The notes beneath the pieces were generated by a model. The model saw only the letters and a program-made list of their open reading frames with translations. It had not been told where the DNA came from and ran no database searches. The translations under genes and the position numbers were made by a program. A stretch of 58,308 nucleotides of DNA, counting the filler, from Dugesia japonica (lineage: Eukaryota): the NCBI GenBank assembly GCA_001938525.1. It is 6 parts of 6 records of this genome, joined end to end, with 100 filler letters (N's around TTAATTAATTAA, not from the genome) between each part and the next. Parts side by side here need not be neighbours in the genome. Positions count along the whole stretch, not along the records: positions 9,161 to 19,735 come from MQRL01621437.1; positions 19,836 to 29,909 come from MQRL01572538.1; 4 more parts are not named here. One strand, given 5' to 3'. Positions 15,059 to 27,620 of the stretch are shown here, in pieces (the first letter of the stretch is position 1; the number at the start of each line of letters is the position of its first letter).

Positions 15059-15190
15059 CAGTAGATAGATAAGTGCACACGAGAACAGTTGAGAATGTTT
15101 ATTTTATGACTTCTAATCAATTTCATAAAATATTTAAGGACTTCTATAGAATTTCTATAAATTTTGTGAGAAGACTTTAAAAAACTACTA
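15059..15190 (+). repeat. Partial copy of the MITE at 33912-34201
   Basis: Shares cagtag..gata....cac.cgagaacagttgagaa and the internal acttcta...caatttcataaaatatttaa unit. Confidence 0.65.
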
Positions 15191-15229
15191 GCAGATTTTC
15201 AGCTAAGTATAATTTTATAATTATAACTG

Positions 15230-15515
15230 CAGAAGGTAAATATTTTATTCGATCAACAATAGAAGAAGATCTTTCAATTACTTTAAATCAATTGAAATAT
15301 AAATTACAATCCAAACTTAATATTGAACCTAGTTTAAGCATCACTAATTAATTGACAGTATAAATTATTTTAGTCATGTTACAGAGTTTGCGATAAAATG
15401 TATAAGCAAATATCATTTTTCATAAAATAATTGAAAATTTAATTTTGTTCTTAATAATTTCTTAAAAGTTTTTTTTTAAAATAATTTTAACCATAGATTA
15501 AATTATATTTATTGC
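15230..15515 (+). mobile_element. Internally deleted IS630/Tc1-like remnant, same family as 57900-58292
   Basis: IRSTIEEDLSITLNQLKYKLQSKLNI helix-turn-helix-like stretch; 3' sequence (agagtttgcga...aaaataattgaaa...aataattttaaccat.gattaaattat) shared with 58106-58232. Confidence 0.5.
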
Positions 15516-16604
15516 ATAATAGTTAAATTAAGTTGAAGACCTTGTAATCTTTAGTAAACTAATGATTTTTATTGTGAGGAAATTTAATATTAAATAGAAA
15601 ATTTTGTAAGTGTTTTAATTGAGTGATTGTTTTAAAAGGAGATTTTGAAAAGTGTGCGAAATTCAAATTAAGAGTATTTTTGGATTTAATCTTTGACAAA
15701 TATTTCGGTTAATAACTTTGTAAGTTATTTTCATTTTTATTGTATAAGAATTGGTGTAAGTAATTTTTCTGTAATATATCGTAATTAGAAAGTTTGTAAA
15801 TTGTAATATTTGAGTTATAATTTGTAATTTTTATTAAGTAATTTGGAAACGTTTTTAATAATTGTTGTATAATAAATATTATTAATAATTCGTTACTTGT
15901 TAATATTAATTTAGATAACTCAGAGGTAAGTATGCCTTACGTTTATAATTAGTATTGTTACAACTATCAATTTGTTTTTTTAAAGAAATTTTTAAAACTA
16001 GCTAACCTTTTTATTTAATTCTGACCGAAGTTATTTTAAAATATTAAGAAAAACAATAAATTTAAAAAATTAAACATTTTACAAAATTCTATAATTAAAA
16101 AATATTTTCAATTAAATTTTTTTAACTTTAAAACATGAAGTTAATTTTTTTATTTATCAAACTATTTTCGTTAACAACTTCGATCGAACTTTCAAAAGAT
16201 TTAACTTAAACCATACTTACAAGTATGATATTGAAAAAAATAATCAATTTTATTATTTTTCTAAGCTTATTCAGACTCAGTATGATTTTATTATTTTATT
16301 TAATGGATAATAATTTTGAAATATTAAAATATAAATGGGAAATGTTAATTATAAAATTTATTGTTTTAAATATGTTGCAAGAATTGTTTGAAATAAAAGT
16401 TAGTGATTTTAGAAAATTAGCTTGAAAAAGTTTTTTGTAATCATTTAATAATTTTGACTTAAAACAGACTGTTTGTTTACGAAATTTCTATTCAGGGTGC
16501 CTCTCGAGTACTTGTAGTTTTAAATCTTTTATTTTTTGTTTTTAAATAATCGCTNNNNNNNNNNNNNNNNNNNNNNNNNNNNNNNNNNNNNNNNNNNNNN
16601 NNNN

Positions 16605-16856
16605 TTTTTAAACCACTTATTACGAGCAATATTAAAAAATATAACAATTAAAGAACATCTCAAACAGAAAGAAAGTGAAGTATTCAAACACTTTCAAAAT
16701 AAACATAATTTTTTACCAGAAAATCATCATATTACCTGGAAAACATTAGAAACCGGCTACATTTCTACACTTTACAGAAAAAAACATGAACAAATATTAA
16801 TTAAAGAAGATAAACCTGAGATTAACGTGATTTTCATTAATTACAATAATAATTAA
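16605..16856 (+). mobile_element. Penelope-like element GIY-YIG endonuclease C-terminal remnant
   Basis: IKEHLKQKESEVFKHF...H...EQILIKEDKPEIN matches the RIxEH...SxVxxH...ExxxI...KPxLN pattern; sister copy at 39235-39430. Confidence 0.75.
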
Positions 16857-17249
16857 TTTTCAGAAAAATTTTCAATAATTACAAAAATTAAATATTTAAA
16901 TAAAATTTTTTTCCATAATTAGCAAAATCAAAGATTTTAAATAATCTCAATAATTAAAAGTTAAAAATTAAAAATAAATAATTTAAATAATTTNNNNNNN
17001 NNNNNNNNNNNNNNNNNNNNNNNNNNNNNNNNNNNNNNNNNNNNNNNNNNNNNNNNNNNNNNNNNNNNNNNNNATAAAAAAAATTAATAAAAAAATAAGA
17101 GTAAAATTTTAATATTAATAAAATACCTATCTAAATATTTTAATACTTAATACATCATATTTTTTTTAAAAAAAACATTTAATTTAATTGACCAATAAAA
17201 TCTCGATAAAAGATTAAGAATTAGTAGCAATGAATCCATCAGAAAGTCA

Positions 17250-17405
17250 TCATTCCTGAAGAAGACAAGTTTCATAAATGTGAATTTCTTTACAAATACA
17301 TTATATTTTGATCGAATCTTTTTATTTAATTTAATGAAATCTCAAATGCGATCAATGGTTAAGTCCAACAATTATTCTCACAATAATTGCAATTATAAAA
17401 GTTAC
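17250..17405 (+). repeat. Dispersed repeat family copy (putative Penelope terminal repeat with degenerate hammerhead core)
   Basis: Core gatcaatggttaagtccaacaattattctc is shared with 18930-19075, 23970-24115, 45530-45690 and 49420-49515; begins attcCTGAAGAagac. Confidence 0.6.
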
Positions 17406-18929
17406 AATTAATTCACGACATCTCATCAGGATTATTCAAAACAAAAATTCACCATTTATTATAATTGAATTAAATTGAATCTAGCCGCAAGTATTTGTAA
17501 AAATAAAATACTAATCCGATATCAATATATACTTACATTAATTGATTTCACAATCACGATTTTATTTTAATTAATTAATAATGTATTAATAATAAATTTT
17601 TATTTCAATATTTTACATGATAAATTAAGAAAAATCCGCAGAGTATTAAAGAATATATTTATTGATAAATGAGCAATTAAACTGAAAATCAATTTTACCA
17701 TTAAATATATGTATTCGTTTAAATATTTAAGTCAATAATGTGTGATTCCAGAGAAGTCCTGCTAATCGAACGAAATTTATAATGAGCTTGTACTAACCAG
17801 GTTGCACTATTGTTTTGAATTTCTGGCACAAGCGTTTGATGAGGGTTTCTAGTAATAACATTTTTTTATTTATATATTTTTATTTATATTTTTGATGTCG
17901 TCCTGCAAATAGATAATCAATCTGTGAAGTTGTCAGATATTTCGAATTCTTGTGTTGAATATTTAATTGTTTGTAGAAAATATAACTAAATCACGAATTC
18001 ATCTATTTAAAATTTATTTTTGTCATTACCAGTTACATATTAAAATAATTAATGATTTTGAAAAGTGGAATATTATTCCATCAATATGCCAATAATATTA
18101 TTCCATTCAAACTTATTTTTAAATTTAACAATAAAATAAAATATTTTTATTTAATATAATTTATTATGTTTTGATAATTTAAAACTGTTACTTTAAGACT
18201 TATTTTATCATAACGGAGTTATAGAAGGCTATGAGAGTATGGAAATGACAATGCCTATTTATATTTATATCATGGTAAAGATGTCTGTGCAATTTAGTCG
18301 TAATTATCATTGTGAGTATAGATTCATGAATTTCGGTAAGCTGAGATTTTTTAATTTTTATATTTAATATTAAGATTGGTTTTTTGAAATTTTTAAAATT
18401 ATTAAGTTGAAAAAAAGTAAATATATATGTAAAACAAAGGTATTTCAAATTAAAGTCAAAATTTTACATTGTGTTAAATTATAAAATTTGAAAAAATTAT
18501 TTTCTAAAATGAGGTTTAAAAATAATTATTTTGGAATTTAAAAAACCAATATTTTGGAAAAATACTTCATTAACATTTTTCAGATTATTTGTTTGAAATA
18601 TGTGAATTGTTATTTCATGTTTTATTTTTAAGAAAAGATTTGTAATAATCAATAAACAGTTTATAAAGACTTGTGAGACTTTAAATTTAATTAATAATCA
18701 TAATTAACTATCAACTAAAATCTAAAGTAATGAAGTTCTCGTTAATGGAATCACGGTTATTAAAAGTAAACTATTTAATTCAATTTAAATTTCCAACTAA
18801 ATAAATAATATCAATATTAACTAATAGCTAAAATTCTAAAGTAATTAAGTCTTTAAAATTATTAAAGGTTAATTATTCAATTTAATTCAAATTCCTAATT
18901 TAAATAAATAATATTAACTATCCTAAGTG

Positions 18930-19075
18930 TTATAATTACAATAATTGTTATAATTGTTGGACTTAACTATTGATCGTTTTTTAGTCTTCATTTAATATAA
19001 AGAAAAAGCTTCCATCAAAAAATCTATTTTTATAGAAATTCAAATTTTCGACAATTGCTTCTTCAGGAAAATGCT
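18930..19075 (-). repeat. Dispersed repeat family copy with hammerhead-like core
   Basis: Minus strand reads ttcCTGAAGAagcaattgtcGAAAatttgaa followed by the shared family core. Confidence 0.6.
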
Positions 19076-19496
19076 GACTTTTCGATATATTCAAAACGAT
19101 AAAAGATCTTTGGAAGAAAATTCTTTATATTTTATCAAAAAATTTTATTGGTTTATTTCAATTAGAGATTTTAATTTTAAATTAACTCTCAAAATTTTTT
19201 AATTAAATCGAAGAATCTTTTAAATGTTTAATTATTAGTTGGGTTTTGATGTAATTTTTATATATTAGAGATTTTCAAATTTTTTACAATTATCATATTT
19301 TAATTAAAATTATCAAATTTTGTTTATTAAAATTTTTTTTAATTATTTACAATATATATTTATATATATAATTAGTGTTTTTATTTATGTTACATTTAAA
19401 AATGATATAATAAAATAAATTAAAATACAATTATTTTTATTTTAAGATTTTTGTTCTAAATTCCTAAACATCAAATTCGTATTAAAATTTTTTCCT

Positions 19497-19735
19497 CAAG
19501 TTCTTGCCAAATTCTGTAAATCTTTCATTATGTCTCTCTTGCTCTCAAAAGCTAATCGCAATCTCTCTCGATAACCATCGGCTTTACTCAATGTCTTCAC
19601 ATATGCTTCGATTAAATCTTCATGAAGCATACATGTTACCCAACGTTCCTGATCTTTCTTAACAAAGATGTTCTTTTCCTCAAAGTATATTTCACACCGT
19701 TTAATAAACTTTTCTAGATCATCGCCTCTGCAAAA
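19497..19735 (-). mobile_element. Probable LTR retrotransposon gag N-terminal fragment
   Basis: Open minus-strand frame DDLEKFIKRCEIYFEEKNIFVKKDQERWVTCMLHEDLIEAY...RLRLAF, resembling a gag capsid N-terminus; cut by the spacer. Confidence 0.45.
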
Positions 19736-19835
19736 NNNNNNNNNNNNNNNNNNNNNNNNNNNNNNNNNNNNNNNNNNNNTTAATTAATTAANNNNNNNNN
19801 NNNNNNNNNNNNNNNNNNNNNNNNNNNNNNNNNNN
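19736..19835. other. Artificial assembly spacer
   Basis: N run with central TTAATTAATTAA. Confidence 0.9.
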
Positions 19836-20801
19836 AGGATAAAATCATAACAAAACGATTGCAAATTATAATTGTATTCAATTATTTCTTCAATTAACTA
19901 AAGAAATTCGATATTTCATTATATAAAATTCCCGATAAGTGATTTCATAATCAAGGAAACAATAAAATATTTTCTCTGGTTAAAAGTTTAAATTTTAGCG
20001 ATTTATTCTGAAAGTTAATCGCACATGCTTATATTTCACAAAATGAAAAATTTTATCTCTTTCACAAAAGAACAAGCTAAAAAATCTTGTATACTACCTA
20101 AAATCTAAGGTATTTCCTTTACCACTTATACCAGAGCTTTTCTCACAGATTGGATTTGACTGATCTTTTAATCAATCAAAATTCACAAGAAATAATAATA
20201 CAACTCAGTATATCATGGCAATATAATAAATCATTATTGGGTACTTTGCGATCAAGTGACTTTTGAAACGAGACAGTTTATCATTGTTTTAATTAATACA
20301 AAAATTGACAATATTTTTTAATTTTCGTTTATTACATAAAAATTTGACACATTTAAATTTATAAAAATTAATTTACTTTAAATATCCAAAAATAAAAATA
20401 ATTTTCTAACACCAGATTAGGTTATTTATTTACACTACCATTCTGCATTTAACTTTTAATGTTTACATTACATTTTAAATAAAATATTTTGTGTTTAAAT
20501 GAAATTTACATTTTAAATGAAATAATTTGTTCCTGTATTAATTGTAACAATTTGTTTAAAATAAATAGTTATTATTCAACTTCAATAATAATTATTCATT
20601 TAATTAAATTAATTTACTCAATAAAAATTATTTCATTTAAGTTACTGGGTGATCTTATTATTTATATTTTCTCAAAGTGTTTATATAATGTTTATGCTTT
20701 TATAATTAAGTTTTATACATTATTTATGGAATTCATGCCTGATATAAAGCAACTGATTTTTAAATTTAGAAGAAAATTTTAATTTATCATAGATAGATTA
20801 C

Positions 20802-20956
20802 CTCGACCTCTTGATTTAGCTCCAGGTTTTAATATCCATACATTCCGTGACCCTTCCATATCAAATTGCGAAAATATTTTTCTGAGGTCATCAGCAATTT
20901 CTTCACAACGTCTAATTGTCGTTACATGTTGTGCACCTTCAATCTTGAAACCTTCA
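20802..20956 (-). CDS. TTLL3: TTLL3-like exon (start of TTL catalytic domain)
   Basis: EGFKIEG...QFDMEGSRNVWILKPGAKSRGR, flanked by ag and gtaatc. Confidence 0.92.
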
Positions 20957-23900
20957 CTTAATTATATTAAAAAAAACTGTTAGTTTATATATTTATATTT
21001 ATCTTATTCAAATTTTAAAAGATTTATTAATTCTCTAAAGAAAATAGTACTAAAAATTAAAAATGCGAAAATTCACTATAATTACGATATATAAATGTTC
21101 AAAATTAATAGTAAAATACTAAAATACACGTTTTATAATTCCGTTAAAAAATTTGAAACGATAATCTTTTTATTTTATTCTTATATGATTGTACCATTTT
21201 GGGGAGATTTTTATACAATGAAAATATGTGAGTAGAGTCCGCGTACCCAACTAATTTGTTTATTTTCAATATGAAAAGGAAATATTGCAAACATTTTAAT
21301 ATATTGCTTTTAAATGGTTTTGGCGATGGGAAAAGCTTATGACTTAATTAATAATTATTTTGATTAATTAAGTAATATATTAAACTACACATAATTCCGT
21401 AAATATAGTATTTTGATTTTTATTTCAACTTTAGAACCAAACTTTTTCTTGCCTAACTATTCTTTCCTGATACATAGATCATGAATGATATCATTAAGCA
21501 CTTTTCAATTATTTCAATTATTTTCTTTTCGATAAAATCTTATTTTAAATAAATCTTTGGTAAAGTTTTAATAATGTTTTTTTAATTGATCACTGCTTTT
21601 TTATTTGATAAAATTCTTATGTTTACAACATTGTTGGANNNNNNNNNNNNNNNNNNNNNNNNNNNNNNNNNNNNNNNNNNNNNNNNNNNNNNNNNNNNNN
21701 NNNNNNNNNNNNNNNNNNNNNNNNNNNNNNNNNNNNNNNNNNNNNNNNNNNNNNNNNNNNNNNNNNNNNNNNNNNNNNNNNNNNNNNNNNNNNNNNNNNN
21801 NNNNNNNNNNNNNNNNNNNNNNNNNNNNNNNNNNNNNNNNGAGTCAACTAATTCCAAAATTCATTGTTGGATCAAATTAGTTGTACAAGTAAAACATCAG
21901 TTTAATACTGCATAGATTAAAATTTGTATAATAAATGAGAAATTCAAAAAGCTAATCGATGCTCGTTTTTTTCTATTAAACGCGTATAACGTTCTTTAAA
22001 TTTTCTAACATTCCTTGGATATAATTGTAAGAAGAAATTATTCAGAGCTCAAGACTTCAATTTTAACAATTTTAAATTTAAAGTATATAATTTTGTTGTA
22101 ATATTTTTAAAAATACATTAAATAAATTAATTAAAAATATTTTTTAAAAAATAAATTACATTTAATAAATTTGTGATAAAAATTATTTGGAAATATATTT
22201 TAAAAAACCAAATTTAGAAATTGGAGTTGATTTTCAATTTTTAGCTGTTTTAAATATTTATTTTGTTTTAATGAACAAAAATAATTATAACACTTTTTTT
22301 ATTTTAAATCAAATTATTGATACAAATAATCTTTTTTGAGTATTTTATATATTTGCGAGTAGTTCTGACCTGCATAGGAATATTCTTAAAAAGAAAAACA
22401 TGGCTCATAATTAAAAAAAAAACATAAAATAACTATAACTCTTAAAAATAATGGTTCACCATCACTCTGAAGTTAACATTTTTCTGAAAAATAAAGCAAG
22501 TACTAAAATAGAAACTTAAAAAATATATTGCAGTTTCATTTTTGGCAAATTCTCAATTAAAAAAAATCAACATTGTAAACTACAAATTCATAAGAATCTA
22601 TTAATCTGTGTGGACTTAGTTATTGTTGAAATGAGTCATCATTGGAGCAAGTCAAAAGTTGCAATTATTTTTGATTAAAAGTTGAAAGTATAAAATTTTA
22701 TTGCATTTTATTACAAAGAATGCGATCTCGAATTCCATTTGCTCCCGTAATAAACTCTTCATTATATTGCCTCACGTATTCAAGCTTCGCAGATGAGTTT
22801 GAATTAGATGTCATATGGGTAAAATTAAAACAAAACAAACAAAATAATCAAAAAAAAACCCACTTATTTTAAAATGTTGCAAAATAGTTGAATTTTTGCT
22901 TAAAAATTGCAAATTTTGCAAAAAGTTGAAACAAGTTGCGTTTTGTTTAAAATAATTGATTATTTTTGAATATTAATAAACATTTTTTAATTTCTTTTAT
23001 ATTTTATTCAATAATAAAAATTACAAATAAATTATATTAATTTATTATCAATAAAAATAGAAATAAATACGAACGTCAGAATTTTGTTTTAAAATTGATT
23101 GGAAACATAATTCACTTTATTTATTTCTTAAACAGCCATTAATCTTGTTCAACTAGTTTATTTGTTTAGGACATGTTAAAATTTTTGATCGATAAAAGAA
23201 GAATATTTCACCAATTAATATATTCACGTTAATATTTTTCATTTGATATTAATCACAAATAATATTTTTTAATTGTTATTATAAATATATAATTTCTAAT
23301 TGAATATTTTGATTGATTTACACTTTCAAAACAAAAATAAAATAAACTGACTGTACAACTTTGTAATAGTTTGTCAAAAATTCATCCCAGTCACAACTCC
23401 AACAAAAAATAAACTAAAGGTATCAAATTAAATTAATAGATAATAGATTACGCTCTTACATCATTTCGATCAATATCTTCATGTTTTTTGATTTTCAAAA
23501 TGAATTCACAGTAAGCTATTGCCATTTCTAAAAATTTATGAGATATAGAAGAATGGTGAGTGTTTGGTTTTCTTTCACGATATCTAATTTTTGGCAATAC
23601 TAAAGATCAAAATAATTGTTTAATTATATTCAAAATCAAGAAAAAGTTCGTATTTTAAAAAAATAAAAAAAATGTTAATCATATTCTATTACAAAAAAAA
23701 ACAAAAATTAATGCTGTTAATTAATTTTTTAACATGCCTAAATTGTTTTTTTCTATTTAATTAGATTGTACAATATTTCAACATTGTATTCATCAAGAAC
23801 AATTGTTTAATTAATTTTAGATATAAAATCCTAATAGAAACCCGANNNNNNNNNNNNNNNNNNNNNNNNNNNNNNATTGCTTAAGAAATTATAACATTAA

Positions 23901-26900
23901 ATTGTTGAAAATGTTTTCGGTTAATTTGCGCAAGCATTAAAATAAATGTATTCATTTGTTAGCCCGTGTTTTACAATTACAATTATTGCGAGAATAATTG
24001 TTGGAAGTGATCATTGATAGTTTTAGAGATTTCATTAAAATAAAAGCTTCGATCAAATTATTTATTTTTTGATAGTATTTTAATTTTCGACTTTGTCTTC
24101 GACAGGAATCGAATTTTTCTTTTACTAAAATCATTTATAGAATAATTAATTGCTAGAATACTAACCCAGATCTTCGGTTGAAATTAAGTAAAATTAATGT
24201 TTTTTATTTAAATAAAGTGAAATTAAGTAATGGATTTTATCACGGAAATCAGTAACAAAGTCTATTTTTTTAAAAATAAAGCAAAAGTGTCAAATCTTTA
24301 AGAAATACTTTTATGATTTCATATTTTTAAGAATTTCCTCTAGCAATCTTGATTGATAAAAATATAGAAAAAAAAACAGACAAATATTATGAAAATTAAA
24401 TTATCAATTCACAAATCCTTCTAGTTCAAAATATGCTTCGTCGCTAAAGATCATTTTTTGGAAAAATTTTTCATTTTCATGCGCAAAGTCTGTTAGCTTT
24501 GCTGAGTTATTTGAATCTTGAATGCCTTAAAATGAAGATCCTCATGCGAAATTCTGAATAACGTCATTCTTGGAATGGATAGTTGTTGTGGACAACGACG
24601 TATTGACGTTTCTGGTTTCTCACTCACACTCCAGCTTAGAGCTGAAATAAGTGTTTGCAAGCAACCACTTTTATGATATTCTTATGATATATCTTTTATC
24701 GAGCCACATTTTATAAATTGTTTGATAACTTTTTGAATTGTCACATGTGACGGACAACTTTCTATTCCATATTCAGACTTCAATTTTCTTCGAACTTCCG
24801 CATAACTTCCGCTTTATTTAAAATATTTTTTTACCATAAATACTCTTTCTTCAATGGTATAACGATTCTTTTTTAAAAACCACATGAATTACTATTACTT
24901 ATTCAATAATTATTGATTTAATAAAACAAAACAGAAATAAATGGAATTAAATTAAATATAACCTTAAATTGGAACACCCTGTATTTAAAAGAAACCCTGT
25001 AAAAATTAACATTCCCCTTCATACATTTCATAAAGTTATAAGAGAATGTAACTAAATCAACTTTGCTTTATAACTTTATCTTATTATTAAATTTTTACAG
25101 TGAGTTTTTATAATTTTTAATGGTCCTTGGGGACTACTAAATAAAGTATTTATTTTTTCTATATAACTTTTTATGTATAAGGTTTGTTGATTTTTAACCG
25201 TGTTATTCGTACTTACCGTAAAGTTTCCTATCAAATAATATCAATTTAGATAAATTTTGAGGTACTTTTGGTATTTTCGAAAAATGTTACCAAATCCGGG
25301 AGGACAGCTGTACATATTCGTTAGGAAGCATTTTTACTAAGATGATTGTTAACTGTCGCTAAGTTATTGGGTTCAGTTTCAATCTTCGTTAAATAATTTC
25401 AATAACTACAAGATTTATTTAACAATAAAAAATTAATATTCTTATTCAGAATATTTAAACAAAGTTCTTCTAGGCTAAATTATTTTAATGTTGACAAATT
25501 TATTGGCTATAATAATCATCATTAAATTTATTAAAATTATTTAAAAATGATGATTTTTAAAATTACAAATAGGAGTTTATTTTTCAACTCCTAACAATGA
25601 TATTTTAACTCTACACAGTTACTTTTTCCTCCTGAGTAAAATGACACCAAATTTGAGTCGATAACTGTTATCTTCGCACAGAAGTCTGAGCACTAAACTC
25701 TGAATTTTGAGATTTTTTCACCACTAAAAGTCATTTATTTCATCGAGTATTAATTTTGACGATTTGAAGTTAACATAGTTGGAATCAGCGAAAAATTCTC
25801 TATCGAATAGTTGACATATTTGAGAAGAAAAGTGTTTATCGAAATTTTTTTTGTAAAATTCTCAGCAGTTCGGTGTAAAAATCTTTGAAATCTGAGATAT
25901 AGAACATATTTTTTCAAAAATTAAAACTGTTCAGCCAGATTCCCATAAAAATTTCATTTAAAAAATTTTAAATTTTCATATTATTTAAACAACATGAACG
26001 GTTTGCCCGNNNNNNNNNNNNNNNNNNNNNNNNNNNNNNNNNNNNNNNNNNNNNNNNNNTTAATTTTGACGATTTGAAGTTAACATAGTTGGAATCAGCG
26101 AAAAATTCTCTATCGAATAGTTGACATATTTGAAAAGAAAAGTGTTTATCGAAATTTCTTTTGTAAAATTCTCAGCAGCTCGGTGTAAAAATCTTTGAAA
26201 TCTGAGATATAGAACATATTTTTTCAAAAATTAAAACAGTTCAGCCAGATTCCCATAAAAATTTCATTTAAAAAATTTTAAATTTTCATATTATCTAAAC
26301 AAAATGAACGGTTTGACCGAATTTCTAAAAAAAAAATTTCCCATAAAATTTTTTTCCCACCTAAAAAAGCCTAAAAAAATTTCCCAACTAAAAAGCGTAA
26401 ATTTAAAAATAATTCACCAAACTTTTCAAAACAAGATTAAAAATTACATAATTTGTGTGCAAAAATTTTTNNNNNNNNNNNNNNNNNNNNNNNNNNNNNN
26501 NNNNNNNNNNNNNNNNNNNNNNNNNNNNNNNNNNNNNNNNNNNNNNNNNNNNNNNNNNTGTGCCAAATTTTTTCCCAACTGAATACAATGTACAATTTCT
26601 ATACCAATTAATCCTATTTCGTAATATTACCTAATATGACATCATTTTTTAAAAGGAAAATGATTGTTTTTAAGAAATTTAATTTCCAAATTGTTAAAAG
26701 ATGACAAAAACAATATTAAGATCAAGTTTACTTTTCTTATTACTTTTTCCATTACATGCGTCTAATGAGGATTTATCTGGTAAAGATTCTGTTGCCCCGT
26801 CTATTGATGACTGCATATCAATACTATTTTGTGTGATTGAGGTTTCGATTACTTCTTTTAAAAGTCCTACACAAGCAGTAAAGTGATAATCATCTGTATA

Positions 26901-27620
26901 AATGAATGAATATTAACAAAAAAATTGAACACAATTAGTTTTGAATTCACCAATGAATGCATGCTTTTCTTCAACAGTGGAAATTGTATAACAACGTGGG
27001 AAAAACTCATCGGGTTCCTTATCATCAAACCATCTTAACTGATTCAGACTTTTAGCTAATCCAGTCTGACATTTAATTTATTTTATTCAATATTGTAATA
27101 CAACAAACTTTGGTAGTAAAAGATCCAGCTTTAGCATGATGATTGATAATTTGATCTTTACGAAGAGTTTTATAATCTACTTGACCTTTTCTTAGTGTCC
27201 AAAATAAATTCGGAACAACATTTTTTAACATTCTCGACTTAATTAAGTCATACATTTATAATTTTTAAAATAACAATTCACCATTATTCCATATATTCCA
27301 TCTTCTTCTTCCCATGGAGGTAGACCACCTATTAAAATATAAAGATAAATTCCATTATCAAAACTATTTTTACTTTGATTCGGACCATCACCTATCGTAT
27401 CATCATCGTCATCAATATCACCATCATCTCCGTCATCATCGATATCATCACCATCGTTTGATGCTATATTTTTATCAACATCAGCTTTATTGGTTGTTCG
27501 TGATTTGTGGGTTGATGTATTTAATTCATTATTAAAATAAAATTTTTCAATCCATCCACGATTTCGAAGTACTTGTCTGACACGATTATAGGGACCCAGT
27601 ATTGCGAAAACTTTCCCATT
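20802..27620 (-). CDS. TTLL3: Tubulin monoglycylase TTLL3/TTLL8 family, partial gene (N-terminal half, 8 exons)
   Basis: GT-AG exons with consistent phases: 27620-27374, 27328-27282, 27237-27109, 27065-26951, 26893-26732, 23599-23460, 23413-23352, 20956-20802. Spliced protein contains KVFAILGPYNRVRQVLRNRGWIEK, an acidic tract, DGIYGIMSRMLKN..PNLFWT, DQIINHHAKAGSFTTKTGL, WFDDKEPDEFFPRCY, AFIDDYHFTA, HEDIDR, WDEFLTNYYKVVH and QFDMEGSRNVWILKPGAKSRGRG, collinear with TTLL3/8 glycylases. First exon and the rest of the ATP-grasp domain were not found. Confidence 0.93.
23352..23599 (-). CDS. TTLL3: TTLL3-like exon pair (23599-23460 and 23413-23352, 46-nt intron)
   Basis: KFLEMAIAYCEFILKIKKHEDIDRND then FIFCWSCDWDEFLTNYYKVVH; phases match the neighbouring exons. 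Confidence 0.88.
23970..24115 (-). repeat. Dispersed repeat family copy with hammerhead-like core, inside a TTLL3 intron
   Basis: Minus strand reads attcCTGTCGAaGACaaaGTCGAAAattaaaat, then the family core. Confidence 0.6.
24405..24981 (-). mobile_element. rosa/DD41D-like Tc1-mariner remnant (5' part) inside a TTLL3 intron
   Basis: Terminus TA-cagggtgttcca; RYTIEERVFMVKKYF...YAEVRRK...PSHVTIQKVIKQFIKCGSI (DUF4817-like helix-turn-helix) and MIFSDEAYFELEGFVN first catalytic Asp motif. Confidence 0.8.
25750..26320. repeat. Near-identical ~260-bp direct duplication flanking a 50-N gap (probable haplotype or assembly artefact)
   Basis: 25750-26009 is repeated at 26060-26319 with a few substitutions. 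Confidence 0.85.
26732..27620 (-). CDS. TTLL3: TTLL3-like five-exon cluster with 45, 44, 43 and 57 nt introns
   Basis: RGWIEK, GSFTTK and FFPRCY motifs; all junctions GT-AG and in phase. Confidence 0.92.

Noticed and set aside
15915-15925. Possible 11-nt microexon (ttag...gtaagt); similar 30-nt candidate near 51997-52025
   Set aside because: No neighbouring exons on the same strand; such motifs arise by chance in AT-rich DNA.
25210-25410. GC-elevated patch in a TTLL3 intron ending in a gtaagt donor
   Set aside because: Stops in the frames examined, and the flanking exons already join in phase without it.
26701-26886. Plus-strand ORF resembling a signal-peptide protein
   Set aside because: Antisense to a TTLL3 exon.
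27314-27535. His-rich plus-strand ORF
   Set aside because: Antisense shadow of the Asp-rich tract in the TTLL3 exon.
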